A stretch of DNA of 32,000 bases from Candidatus Nitrosopumilus koreensis AR1 (GCF_000299365.1 NC_018655.1:1080001-1112000); one strand, 5' to 3'. Counted from the first letter of the stretch, positions 8,279-19,040 are shown. Notes: a model not told the origin generated them from the letters alone. Numbers and translations are program-made.

Positions 8279-9442
8279 ATGGAGACAAAAAACATAGGTT
8301 TGAGAGGAATAGAGGTTGCAGATACAAGAATTTCAAACATTGATGGTGAAAAAGGCAAGTTAATTTACAGAGGATTTGATATTTTAGATCTTACAAAAAA
8401 TTCAACATTTGAGGAAACAGCGTATTTACTGCTGTATGACAACCTACCAACAAAAGCTCAACTAGACGAATTTAATTCAAAACTTGTTGAGGCAAGGTAC
8501 ATTCCAAAACAGATGCAAAAAAACATGGGAAATTGGAGAAAAGATGCCGATCCTATGGACATGCTTCAGGCATTTGTTTCAGCACTTGCAGGATATTATG
8601 ATGAAGAGTTTTCAAATAAAGAAGCAAGTTATGAAAAGGCAATCAATCTAATTGCCAAGGTACCTACAATAATCGCAAGTTGGCAGAGGATTAGAAACGG
8701 ATTACCAATTGTAGACCCTGATTCATCTCTAAGCCATGCAGCAAATTTCCTGTATATGATGTCAGGAGAAAAACCAGATCCTGAAGTAGAGAAGATTTTT
8801 GATGTATGTTTAATTTTGCATGCAGACCACACATTCAATGCATCAACATTTACAGCTAGACAGGTTGCATCAACAAGGGCTCACATGTATTCAGCAGCCA
8901 GTGCCGCAATAGGAGCATTAAGTGGAGAATTACACGGAGGAGCTAACACAGAAGTCATGAAGATGTTATTGGAAATTCAAGAAATTGAAAAAGTTGAGCC
9001 TTGGATTAAAGAAAAAATGAGAGCAGGTGAAAGAATCATGGGAATGGGTCATGCAGTGTATAGAACATATGATCCTAGAGCACAAGTACTAAAAGAATTA
9101 TCAAGAAAACTTGCTGAAAAAACTAAAGAGCCATGGTTTGACATGACAGAAAAAATTGAAACAACAACTATTTCTGAAATGAAATTACAAAAAGGAAAAG
9201 ATATCTATCCAAATGTGGATTTGTATAGTGCATCAATTTACTATATGCTAAAAATTCCAGTTGATTTGAATACACCGATTTTTGCAATATCCAGAGTTGT
9301 CGGATGGGCAGCCCATATTATAGAAGAAAAGTTTGCAGAAGCTGCACCAAAACCAGCACTATACAGACCAAAAGCAACGTATGTTGGAAAATATTGCGGT
9401 CCAGAGGGTTGTGAATACAAAACACTAGACTTGAGAAAATAA
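8279..9442 (+). CDS. gltA: Citrate synthase
   Basis: 387 aa; GLRGIEVADTRISNIDGEKGKLIYRG, HADHTFNASTFTARQVASTRAHMYSA, GHAVYRTYDPRAQVLK, FAISRVVGWAAHIIEE. Confidence 0.95.
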   Translation: METKNIGLRGIEVADTRISNIDGEKGKLIYRGFDILDLTKNSTFEETAYLLLYDNLPTKAQLDEFNSKLVEARYIPKQMQKNMGNWRKDADPMDMLQAFVSALAGYYDEEFSNKEASYEKAINLIAKVPTIIASWQRIRNGLPIVDPDSSLSHAANFLYMMSGEKPDPEVEKIFDVCLILHADHTFNASTFTARQVASTRAHMYSAASAAIGALSGELHGGANTEVMKMLLEIQEIEKVEPWIKEKMRAGERIMGMGHAVYRTYDPRAQVLKELSRKLAEKTKEPWFDMTEKIETTTISEMKLQKGKDIYPNVDLYSASIYYMLKIPVDLNTPIFAISRVVGWAAHIIEEKFAEAAPKPALYRPKATYVGKYCGPEGCEYKTLDLRK

Positions 9443-9444
9443 TT

Positions 9445-9705
9445 TTAGTTTCTTGTACTAAGCCAATCTTTAGCTTTAGAATTTACATCATGTTTGTACA
9501 ACACTTCAAAAACCATATCATAAAATGTGATTCCTTTTTTTTGTGCCTGTTCATCAAGCCACTTTATTCCATCTGCTAATTCAGGATCATATTCAGAAAA
9601 TTCTACTAATTCATCGACCATTTTTGAAAAGAAGGCGTGAGATTCAAGCATAACTACACCTTTCAATCTTTGATCATAAGTGGGGGATTCAAAATATATT
9701 GACAA
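9445..9705 (-). CDS. Hypothetical protein
   Basis: 86 aa ORF convergent with citrate synthase; soluble, plausible codon usage; divergent from the 9728 gene with a 22-nt gap. Confidence 0.6.
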   Translation of the reverse strand: MSIYFESPTYDQRLKGVVMLESHAFFSKMVDELVEFSEYDPELADGIKWLDEQAQKKGITFYDMVFEVLYKHDVNSKAKDWLSTRN

Positions 9706-9727
9706 AGAACCACTTTTTGGATGACAA

Positions 9728-10075
9728 TTGAACCATATTTTTTATTTTGATGGAAATAGCGAAAAAATTTCATGGACTGTAGAAACTAGTGATTCTGTTG
9801 TTAAACAAGATAGAGAACATGTTCAAATGTACAAAAACAAAGTGACAGATTTACAATCAAAATACATTGCATTTCATGTGGGTTTGTTTTGGGCAATTGG
9901 AACATTCATCATAAAAAATGAAGACAGTATCAAAGTAAAATGTAACGAAAAAATATTGATTGATCATTTTGAATCTAATCAAGAACCAGATGATAATTTT
10001 ATCAAAAAGAGAATGCAATTCATAAAACAATTAATTTCGCAAAGAAAATTAAAAATAAAATTTGAATTAATGTAA
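9728..10075 (+). CDS. Hypothetical protein
   Basis: 115 aa ORF (MNHIFYFDGNSEKISWTVETSD...), TTG start; no recognised family. Confidence 0.55.
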   Translation: MNHIFYFDGNSEKISWTVETSDSVVKQDREHVQMYKNKVTDLQSKYIAFHVGLFWAIGTFIIKNEDSIKVKCNEKILIDHFESNQEPDDNFIKKRMQFIKQLISQRKLKIKFELM

Positions 10076-10371
10076 TCAGAAAAAATGCAAAAGAGCTTAA
10101 GACCAAAAACGAGTAGTTACTTGGTGACAGCTCAATTGCGTTGTATGATGTTATTACATTATAGAATCATAAAAGAAATAATTGTTCAACTTCATTGACA
10201 ATAGTCAATGTTGCATTAGAGCGATCATGTGGAATTTTCAATGAATTTTCAGAAAATTTGAAAAAATTTGAACAAAAATCAAATATCAAATTTTGAAAAC
10301 GGAAAATAAAAAATATTTCAGTAATAATGAAGACTAGATTTATTTAGTATACATCGAATTTGAGATCAATT

Positions 10372-11004
10372 ATGGCAGGTATAGACAAAGCTGCAATTGG
10401 ATGGTCAATTGCGATTGTAGTCATAGGAGTAGCTATAGCATTTGCAGGTCAATCAGGTCAAGATCTAAGCATTGCAGTAAATACACCTACGATTGTAAAA
10501 GACACAGCATCTGAAATGACATCAGCAACAAAAGAAGTTGTTGATCCATTTGCAGATATTGCAGCTAAAGTAAAAGAAAATCCTAAAGAAGTGATGAAAG
10601 AAGCTGAAAAAGCAACCTCAGACATAGCTAAAGAAGCTGAAGAAGTTGTTGAAGACATAGGTGAAACTATCAAAGAAGAGACTGAAAAACACGCACCAGG
10701 TCCAGAAACTCACACAGTTAACATTCCAGCAGGAACTTCAGTTCCAGGATGTGAAGAAACTAACGCATGTTACTTACCAGCAGACATCATAATATTTGCT
10801 GGAGACACAGTAGAATGGGTTAATGGAGACACAGCAGCACACACAGTTACTGGCGGAAGTCCAGCAGATGGACCATCTGGTGTCTTTGACAGCAGTCTAG
10901 TAATGGGTTCAGCATCTTATTCATTCACATTCAATGATGCAGGAAGTTATGATTACTTCTGTATGGTACATCCATGGATGGTTGGAAACGTTCAAGTGAA
11001 CTAA
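10372..11004 (+). CDS. Membrane-anchored type I copper protein (plastocyanin/cupredoxin family)
   Basis: N-terminal transmembrane segment, Ala/Glu/Lys-rich stalk, then cupredoxin domain with copper ligands H (DTAAHTV) and C/H/M (YDYFCMVHPWMVG). ATG at 10372 is preferred over TTG at 10360. Confidence 0.9.
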   Translation: MAGIDKAAIGWSIAIVVIGVAIAFAGQSGQDLSIAVNTPTIVKDTASEMTSATKEVVDPFADIAAKVKENPKEVMKEAEKATSDIAKEAEEVVEDIGETIKEETEKHAPGPETHTVNIPAGTSVPGCEETNACYLPADIIIFAGDTVEWVNGDTAAHTVTGGSPADGPSGVFDSSLVMGSASYSFTFNDAGSYDYFCMVHPWMVGNVQVN

Positions 11005-11023
11005 CCAAAATTTTCCTTTTTTC

Positions 11024-12610
11024 TTATTTTATCTGATTTTTTCTTATAGTTCTGTTATATGCCACACCAAATCTATGAGTCTCATCTCTAACATGTTGTA
11101 AAATTTTCAAAGAAGGTTTATTTTTTGCAATAATAACAGGTTTTTTGTTTTTTGGAACATAAACTTCTTCATTTTCTTTTGCCAAAGAGATGCAAGGAAG
11201 TTTCAGACCAAGTGACTGTAAAGACTTTGTAGCAGCACTAAGTTGTCCTTTACCACCATCAATTACCACCAAATCAGGTAATTCAGAATTTTCTTCTAAT
11301 AATCTATAATATCTTCTTTTAATGACTTCGCCAATCATGGCAAAATCATCTCTACCAGATACTGTTTTAATTTTGAATTTTCTATATCCTGATTTGTGTG
11401 GTTTACCTCCAACAAACCTAGCCATTGATCCTACAGCAAAGTCTTCACCATGATTTGAAATGTCAAAACATTCAATGATGTTTGGTGTTTCAGGAAGATT
11501 GAGAATTTCTTTTAGTTCAGCTAGTCCAGGTTCACCTCCTTTTGAATGGATAAGTTTGATATTTTTTAGAATCAGATTCATGATATCTTTTTTCTTACCT
11601 TTGTTAGGAGTGGAAATTTTTACAGAAAACCCAGCTTGCTCCGAAAGTAAAGATTCTAAAAGTTTTTGATTTTCAGGAAGTTCACTAACAATAATGAATT
11701 TTGGGATTTTATGTGTAGAATAGTATTGATAAAGAAAATTTGAAAAAGAATTATCACCAACTAAATCAAAAAAGAATTTGTCGCTATCTCGAATCACACC
11801 ATTGATCATTCTAAAATTCATTACAGTGGCAGATTGTTCTTGAATCCCTATACCAAAATATTCTTCATCAGAATTTTCAACATACTCCATTTTTTGTTTT
11901 GTTTGGAGACTACCTAGTCGAATCAAGGTGTCACGGATGTCTTTTGCACGCTCAAATTGTTGCAGATCAGCTGCCTGATGCATCTCTTCTTCTAATTTTT
12001 TGGTAAAAATTTTGGTTTGATTTTTTCCTTTAAGCACTTCTTCCAAGGCAGCAACATGTTTTGAGTATCGGTCTTGAGCAGCCTTAAATTCACATGGGCC
12101 TTCACAGTTTCCCAAGTGATATTCAAGGCAGACTTTTTTTGGCAGAGTTTTACAAATTCTAATTTGAAATGCCTTACGTAATGCACCTATTGTAAGTAAT
12201 TTAGAACTACCCTGAGTAAACGGGCCAAAAGTTTTTCCCTTGCCCAAGAATTTTCCATCCCTAGTACGTCTTGCAACCAACAACCTAGGGTATTTTTCAT
12301 CAGAAATTCTAAGGTAGGTGTATCGTTGTTGATCTTTTAATTCAATATTAAATCTTGGACGATACTTTTTGATCATATTTGATTCTAAAAGAAATGCTTC
12401 ACTTTCATTATCAGTCAGAACAAATTCAATATCAGAAATATTTTGAACTAGTTTTTGTGTTTTGTAGTTTTGATTTTTTAAAAAATATGACTTTACACGC
12501 TTTTTGAGATTTTTTGCTTTTCCAATGTAAATTATTTTTCCATCAGAATCTTTCATCAAATAGATGCCAGGATCAGTAGGAATTGTAATCTTAGAAATAT
12601 CAAAAGTCAT
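11024..12610 (-). CDS. uvrC: Excinuclease ABC subunit C
   Basis: 528 aa; GIY-YIG domain (PGIYLMKDSDGKIIYIGKAKNLKKRVKSYF), FDISNHGEDFAVGSMARFVGGKP, VIDGGKGQLSAA. Confidence 0.95.
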   Translation of the reverse strand: MTFDISKITIPTDPGIYLMKDSDGKIIYIGKAKNLKKRVKSYFLKNQNYKTQKLVQNISDIEFVLTDNESEAFLLESNMIKKYRPRFNIELKDQQRYTYLRISDEKYPRLLVARRTRDGKFLGKGKTFGPFTQGSSKLLTIGALRKAFQIRICKTLPKKVCLEYHLGNCEGPCEFKAAQDRYSKHVAALEEVLKGKNQTKIFTKKLEEEMHQAADLQQFERAKDIRDTLIRLGSLQTKQKMEYVENSDEEYFGIGIQEQSATVMNFRMINGVIRDSDKFFFDLVGDNSFSNFLYQYYSTHKIPKFIIVSELPENQKLLESLLSEQAGFSVKISTPNKGKKKDIMNLILKNIKLIHSKGGEPGLAELKEILNLPETPNIIECFDISNHGEDFAVGSMARFVGGKPHKSGYRKFKIKTVSGRDDFAMIGEVIKRRYYRLLEENSELPDLVVIDGGKGQLSAATKSLQSLGLKLPCISLAKENEEVYVPKNKKPVIIAKNKPSLKILQHVRDETHRFGVAYNRTIRKNQIK

Positions 12611-15425
12611 TTTTTCACTAGTTTTTTGAGATATTTTCCAGTATAACTTCCAGGAGCTTTTGCAATGTCTTTTGGAGTACCAGTAGCAACTATTCTGCCG
12701 CCTTCATCTCCACCTTCAGGACCTAAGTCAATTATCCAATCTGAATTTTTGATGACATCCATATTGTGTTCAATTACTACAACAGTGTTTCCAAGATTTA
12801 CCAATCGATTAAGAACATCCAGTAATTTTTGTACATCTGCAAAGTGAAGTCCAGTTGTAGGCTCATCTAGAATATACATTGTCTTTCCAGTGCCTCGTTT
12901 TGATAATTCTGAGGCTAATTTTACTCTTTGAGCCTCACCTCCAGACAGAGTGGTAGAGGATTGTCCAAGCTTAATGTATCCCAATCCGACATCAAAAATT
13001 GTTTGTAATTTTCGTTTGATAGCAGGAACATTTTCAAAAAAGTTCAGAGCCTCATATACAGTCATATCCAAAACATCAGAAATATTTTTTCCTTTGTATA
13101 GAACAGATAAAGTTTCAGAATTGTAACGTTTTCCTTTACATTCATCACACTTTACATAAACATCAGAAAGAAATTGCATCTCAATTTGTTTTACTCCATC
13201 ACCATCACATGCAAAACATCTTCCATCTGCAACGTTAAATGAGAATTGTCCAGGTGCGTATCCACGTTCTTTTGATAATTCAGTATTTGCATATAATTCT
13301 CTAATAGGTGTAAATGCACCAATGTATGTTGCAGGATTTGAACGAGGGGTTCGTCCAATTGGAGATTGATCAATTGCAATAACTTTATCGATATTTTCCA
13401 AACCAACAATCTTTTTGTGATTTCCAGGCTTTACATTAGATTTGTAAAAATGGTTTTCTAATGCCTTGAGCAAAATATCATTAATTAAAGTGGATTTTCC
13501 AGAACCTGAAACTCCAGTTACAGATACAAAAAGACCCAAAGGAATCTCAACATCAATGTCTTTAAGATTATTTTCAGATGCTTTTTGCACGACAAGAGAG
13601 CCAGAATTATTTCGAATTTTGTCTTGCAATGTAATTAACGAATTGTCTTTAAGATAATCACCAGTCACAGATTTGTGGCCATCAAGTATTTGATTGACTG
13701 TTCCTTCAAAAACTACACTTCCACCATTTACTCCAGCCCCGGGACCCAAATCAACCATCCAATCTGAATTTCGTATAACTTCTTCGTCATGCTCCACTAC
13801 AATTACTGTATTTCCCAGATTTCGTAGCTTATTTAGCGTTTTAATTAGTCTTGCATTATCTCTTTGATGAAGACCAATAGTAGGTTCATCAAGAACATAC
13901 AAGACACCAGTAAGATTAGAACCAATTTGTGTGGCAAGTCTAATTCTTTGAGATTCACCGCCAGACAATGTTGAACTTAATCGATTCAGTGTAAGATAAT
14001 TCAAACCAACATTCATTAAAAATTCAAGTCGTTCTTTAATTTCTTTTAGAACATCTCTTGCAATGTATTGTTCATTTTCAGTTAACTTTAATGTAGAAAA
14101 GAAATCATAACAATGATCAATTGATAAATCACAAACATCCATAATTCCTTTATCATTAATTTTAACGGCAAGAGATTCAGGTTTGAGTTTTTTTCCATTA
14201 CAAGCATTACATGGAGTATCTCTCATGAATTGTTTTAACCATTCACGTTTTGATTCAGAATCAGTTTCCATAAAAACACGTTGAAGATTAGATAAAACTC
14301 CTTCAAAGGCATTGGTATATTGCCATGACGAGTCCCCGGATTTTGAACGATAGTTAAAGTCAATTAAATCATCGGTTCCATACAAAATAATTTGTAGGTG
14401 TTTTGATTTTATTTTATTCATAGGAGTCATCAAGTCAAAGCCAAACTTTTTTCCAACTGCTCTTAATGCTTGTCGCCTAAATGATGAAAATCTTCCACTC
14501 CAAGGAACAATTGCCCCATCCAAAATGGATTTTGTTTTATCTGGAATAACCAAGTCAGGATCAAATTCCATTTTAACACCAAGACCGTTACATTCTTTGC
14601 ACAAACCAAATGGTGAATTAAAAGAAAAATTTCGAGGTTCTAATTCACCTACAGTTAACCCACAGTAAGGACAAGCATTGTTTTGAGAGAAAATTTTTTC
14701 ATCCTTCTCAGATGCAATCATGACATCTCCTTTGGATGCCTTGATTGCAGTCTGTATAGCCTCAAATAATCTTGAGCGCTCTGATTTTTCAGTAGTAATT
14801 CTGTCTACTACAATCTCAATATTGTGCCATTTTTGCCTGTCAAGTGGAGGAATCTCCTCATCTAGGCTCAAAATATCACCATTTAGGCGCATTCTAGAAT
14901 ATCCATCCTTTTTGATTTGTTCAAATAATTTTTCATATGTTCCTTTTTCCTTTGAATAATAGGTGATAAAACTAGGATTTTTTTTCCGGAAAATTCTCTT
15001 AGAACAGAATCACAAATAGTCTCGACTGACTGTGTTGAGATTTTTCGTCCACAATTAGTACAATAGGGGATACCAATTCTTGCATAAAGCAACCTCATGT
15101 AATCGTAGATTTCAGTAGTAGTTCCTACAGTGGAACGGGGATTTTTGCTAGTAGTTTTTTGTTGTATTGAAATTGCAGGAGACAAACCTTCAATTGAATC
15201 GACATCAGGTTTATCCATCATTTCTAAAAATTGGCGAGCATATGCAGAAAGGGATTCAACATATCGTCGCTGGCCTTCAGCATAAATTGTATCAAATGCT
15301 AAAGTAGATTTTCCAGAACCAGACAATCCACTAATTACAACTAATTTGTTTTTGGGGATATCAATATCAATATTTTTCAGATTATGGTGACGCGCACCAC
15401 GAATTTTTAATTTATTTTCGGTCAT
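12607..15425 (-). CDS. uvrA: Excinuclease ABC subunit A, frameshifted (two ORFs, 14883..15425 and 12607..14892)
   Basis: N-terminal ORF has [34 protein letters not shown]; C-terminal ORF has [37 protein letters not shown] and SGSGKSTL. The C-terminal ORF overlaps the uvrC start by ATGA. Confidence 0.9.
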
Positions 15426-17372
15426 TTTTTAGTTGAATCTCCTTTTCCAGTCTTTTTATTCTATCCCTACACTCAATTGCACGTTCAAAGTCCAATTCTT
15501 CAGAATATTTTTTCATCTGAGATTCCAAATCAATAATATCAGCTGCAATATCATGTGTTGATTTTAATTTTGAATCATCTAGTGTTGTTACCTGTTCTGG
15601 AACAGATTTGATGATTGTCTTTGGGGTAATGTTATGATCTTTGTTGTATTTGATTTGTTTTTCTCGACGACGTTTGGTTTCATCCATTGCATTTTTCATA
15701 GAGTTAGTAATATTATCAGCATACATGATTACATTTCCATTTTCATTTCTTGCAGCTCTACCAAATGTTTGAATCAAACTGGTAAAATTTCTAAGAAAGC
15801 CTTCCTTATCAGCATCCAAAATGGCAACTAGTGATACTTCAGGTATATCCAACCCTTCCCTAAGCAAGTTTATTCCAACTAGAACATCAAATTCTCCAAG
15901 ACGCAATTGTCGTATTAACTCTGTTCTCTGCAACCCTTCGATTTCAGAGTGCATGTATCGCACTCGTACTTGTTTTTTAGATAGATATTCAGCCAAATCT
16001 TCGGCCATCCTTTTAGTCAGAGTGGTGACCAAAACACGCTCAGAGTTTGCTACTTTTTTGTTGATTTCTTGTATTAGGTCATCCATTTGGTTTTTTGTAG
16101 GCCTAATTTCGACTTTAGGGTCTAACAATCCAGTAGGTCTGACAAGTTGTTCTGCAATTTGCGTAGAAATTTTCTTCTCATAGTCGGCAGGAGTTGCTGA
16201 AACAAATATGGTGTTTTGAATATACTTTTCAAATTCTTCAAATTTCAATGGACGGTTATCATATGCACTGGGTAGTCTGAATCCATAAGTAACTAATTCT
16301 TTTTTACGAGAATGATCACCTTTGTACATTCCATGTAATTGTGGTAATGTAACATGAGATTCATCAATTACCAGCAAATAATCATCTCCAAAAAAATCCA
16401 TCAAACAAAATGCTTTTTCTCCAGGTTTACGTCCATCAAAATGTCGAGAATAGTTTTCAATTCCAGAGCAATATCCTAATTCCTCAATCATTTCCAAATC
16501 ATATTTTGTTCTCATTTCAAGTCTTTGTTTTTCTAATTCGTTTAATTCAGGTAGACGTTTTTTTAGTTCATCTTTAATTGATTGTACTGCCTTTTTTCTA
16601 ACATCTTTTGCAATAAGATAGTGTTTTGCAGGAAAAATCTTCATTTGATTAATTTTCTTTTTTCTTTTAATGAAACATGATCAAGTATAGAGATCTTTTC
16701 AACTTCATCACCAAACATAGAAATTCGAATAAGATCTTCAGAATATGCAGGAGTAATGTCAATAGTGTCACCTTTTACCCTAAAATTTCCAGGGGCCACT
16801 TCAGTATCATTTCTTTCATATCTAGCATCAATTAATTGTCTAATGAGTTCATTTCGTTTAATCTCATCACCAGAATTAACAGTGATTGCTAAGTCTTCCC
16901 AATCTTGTGGATTTCCAAGAGAGTAGATACACGAAACAGTTGAGACGATTATTGTAGGCTCACCTGAAAGCAACATCGCAGTTGCCTCCAACCTTAGTTT
17001 TTCAATTTTTTCATTAATTTGAGTATCTTTTTCAATATAGGTATCAGTTTGAGGAAGATAACTTTCAGGTTGATAATAGTCATAATATGAAACAAAATAT
17101 CCAACATTGTTTTTTGGGAAGAATTGTTTTAGTTCTGAATACAGTTGGGCAGCAAGAGTTTTGTTATGAGATATGACTAGAGTATTTTTGCCTGTTCTTG
17201 CAATAACATTTGCAACAGAAAATGTCTTACCACTACCAGTAACTCCCAATAATGTCTGAACAGTCTTGTTTTTAACACCTTGAACTAATTGGTCAATTGC
17301 CTGAGGCTGATCACCTGTAGGTACATACTCAGATGCTAATTCAAATTGAGTTGTTTGTTCCAACATGTACAA
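15412..17372 (-). CDS. uvrB: Excinuclease ABC subunit B, frameshifted (two ORFs, 16641..17372 and 15412..16644)
   Basis: [45 protein letters not shown], then [74 protein letters not shown] at 17372 or ATG at 17366 as start. Confidence 0.9.
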
Positions 17373-17412
17373 TCCCTGAAAACTGAATTTAAAGCAATGG
17401 TGATATCAAAAA

Positions 17413-18045
17413 CTACCAAACAGGTTCATCGACCATTTTTAGACCATCGGGTGTTTCTTCAAAACCCATTATCTTTAGAGTTTGTTTAGATGAAGGAGAG
17501 TTTCTTTCTAGGATTTTTTTGGCCAAAATCAATCTAGAATCAGACCTTAAATGTTGTCCAATTTTGTATTTTCCTTTAATTGACTCTGGAATTATTTTGA
17601 TTACTGCTACCTCATCTAAAACTAAATCATTGTTCTTTATTGGAATGTAATTGCCTTCAGGCTGATATTTTTCCATTAATCCATTGAGTCCAAGAGCCTT
17701 TTCATCATCATCTTCAACAAAAACTGCTTTTCCCTTGATTACTACACTAATGTACAAAGTATCAGCTTGAGACGCATCAGTAGGGTGTGAAAAATATGAC
17801 GGTAAAAATTCCAGTTCCCTATCTACTTCGAATCCGACTTTTTGATTTCGTGAAATATTATCTAATTTTTCTCCTCTAGTATACGAATGCATGTAAATTG
17901 AGTCATTAACAAATGCAAAATTCATAGGAATTATTTGAGGATAGCCGTTCTCATCAATGCTTGCTATACGACCAACATGTTCTTCAGAAAGAAATTCCTT
18001 TATTTTTTCATAAGACTTTATCTCAAGACGGCCCACTAGTTTCAA
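17413..18045 (-). CDS. Pyridoxamine 5'-phosphate oxidase family / FMN-binding split-barrel protein
   Basis: 210 aa; VGRIASIDENGYPQIIPMNFAFVNDSIYMHSYTRGEKLDNISRNQKVGFEVD. Confidence 0.8.
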   Translation of the reverse strand: MKLVGRLEIKSYEKIKEFLSEEHVGRIASIDENGYPQIIPMNFAFVNDSIYMHSYTRGEKLDNISRNQKVGFEVDRELEFLPSYFSHPTDASQADTLYISVVIKGKAVFVEDDDEKALGLNGLMEKYQPEGNYIPIKNNDLVLDEVAVIKIIPESIKGKYKIGQHLRSDSRLILAKKILERNSPSSKQTLKIMGFEETPDGLKMVDEPVW

Positions 18046-18105
18046 ATCAGTTGTGATTTGAAAATTGATCTAATAAACTAAATGTAACAAAGTACACCAA
18101 AAACT

Positions 18106-18324
18106 ATGCGTGACCCATACCTTGATGAATTAAAAAGTGATTTTGCAAATTACACAAACAATTTAAAAAAATTAAAAAAGAAATTACTAAAAACAGATTC
18201 CCCACAAGAACAAGAAAAAATCATCAGACAGATAGACAATATTGCAAAACAAATGGAAAATAATCAAAAACAGTCTACAAAGGTTACAAAATCAAGAATA
18301 AGAGAAAGACGGACAAAAAAATAA
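18106..18324 (+). CDS. Small basic coiled-coil hypothetical protein
   Basis: 72 aa, Lys/Gln-rich helical sequence; divergent from the 17413..18045 gene. Confidence 0.6.
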   Translation: MRDPYLDELKSDFANYTNNLKKLKKKLLKTDSPQEQEKIIRQIDNIAKQMENNQKQSTKVTKSRIRERRTKK

Positions 18325-18530
18325 CCTAATCTTCCTCATCAAGTTCTTTTGCCAATGCCTTAATTTCTAAAATTTTACAAGACAGTTCATTGCATTCAAT
18401 TTCATAATTATTCATACGAACAAATTGTAAAAAATATCAAAAAAATACAAACGTCCTAAAACTTGACTTTATTCATTTAATTTTTTTATTAAATAAAATC
18501 ACTTAATTTAAGAGAAAATAGACAATAGTT

Positions 18531-19040
18531 ATGGTTGAGTTTGATGAGGAACGAGAAGAAGCTACCAATCAAGCATTAAAAGTTCTTGAAGAATGGGGAG
18601 CAGAATCAAAATTCATCTGGTTTAGAGAATTACACAGAATCACAGATATTGACAAAGGTTTGTTACGAAATATCATCAATGACTTAAAAAAATCAAAAGA
18701 GATCAAAGAGATGCATGGAACAAACAACAGGATATTTTTCTGTCTTAGAAAATACTACATCAAGTGCAGAGATGTAGAGTTTAGATTCAAAGGAAAGGAA
18801 ATAATGCTAAGAGATGGAAGTAAAACAAAGATTATTGCAGGCGCAACAAAAGCAACAGAACGTACCAGAAAAAGATTAGAAAAACAGAAGAATAAACGTA
18901 GGGCAAAATCATTTACAAAAACAAAAACAAAAGACCTCACAAATCATAAAAAATCTTCTGCTTGTCTTCTTGCAAAATTAGATTCAGCTCGTTTTAGTTT
19001 TGCAGATTCAGCAACATCTTCAGTCATATCATATAGTTGA
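18531..19040 (+). CDS. Hypothetical protein, possible winged-helix domain with basic tail (C-terminus uncertain)
   Basis: 169 aa; ESKFIWFRELHRITDIDKGLLRNIINDLKKSKEIKEMHGTNNRIFF looks like a winged helix; followed by a basic linker. The last ~32 codons are antisense to the 18944..19174 ORF. Confidence 0.65.
   Translation: MVEFDEEREEATNQALKVLEEWGAESKFIWFRELHRITDIDKGLLRNIINDLKKSKEIKEMHGTNNRIFFCLRKYYIKCRDVEFRFKGKEIMLRDGSKTKIIAGATKATERTRKRLEKQKNKRRAKSFTKTKTKDLTNHKKSSACLLAKLDSARFSFADSATSSVISYS

Noticed and set aside
12607-15425. Programmed frameshifting as the explanation for split uvrA (and likewise uvrB and glycerate kinase)
   Set aside because: Each break is a different homopolymer context, no shared slippery heptamer or downstream structure was seen, and such recoding is not known for these genes. 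Single-base error in homopolymers is simpler.
15821-16183. 120-aa plus-strand ORF
   Set aside because: Antisense to conserved uvrB helicase motifs.
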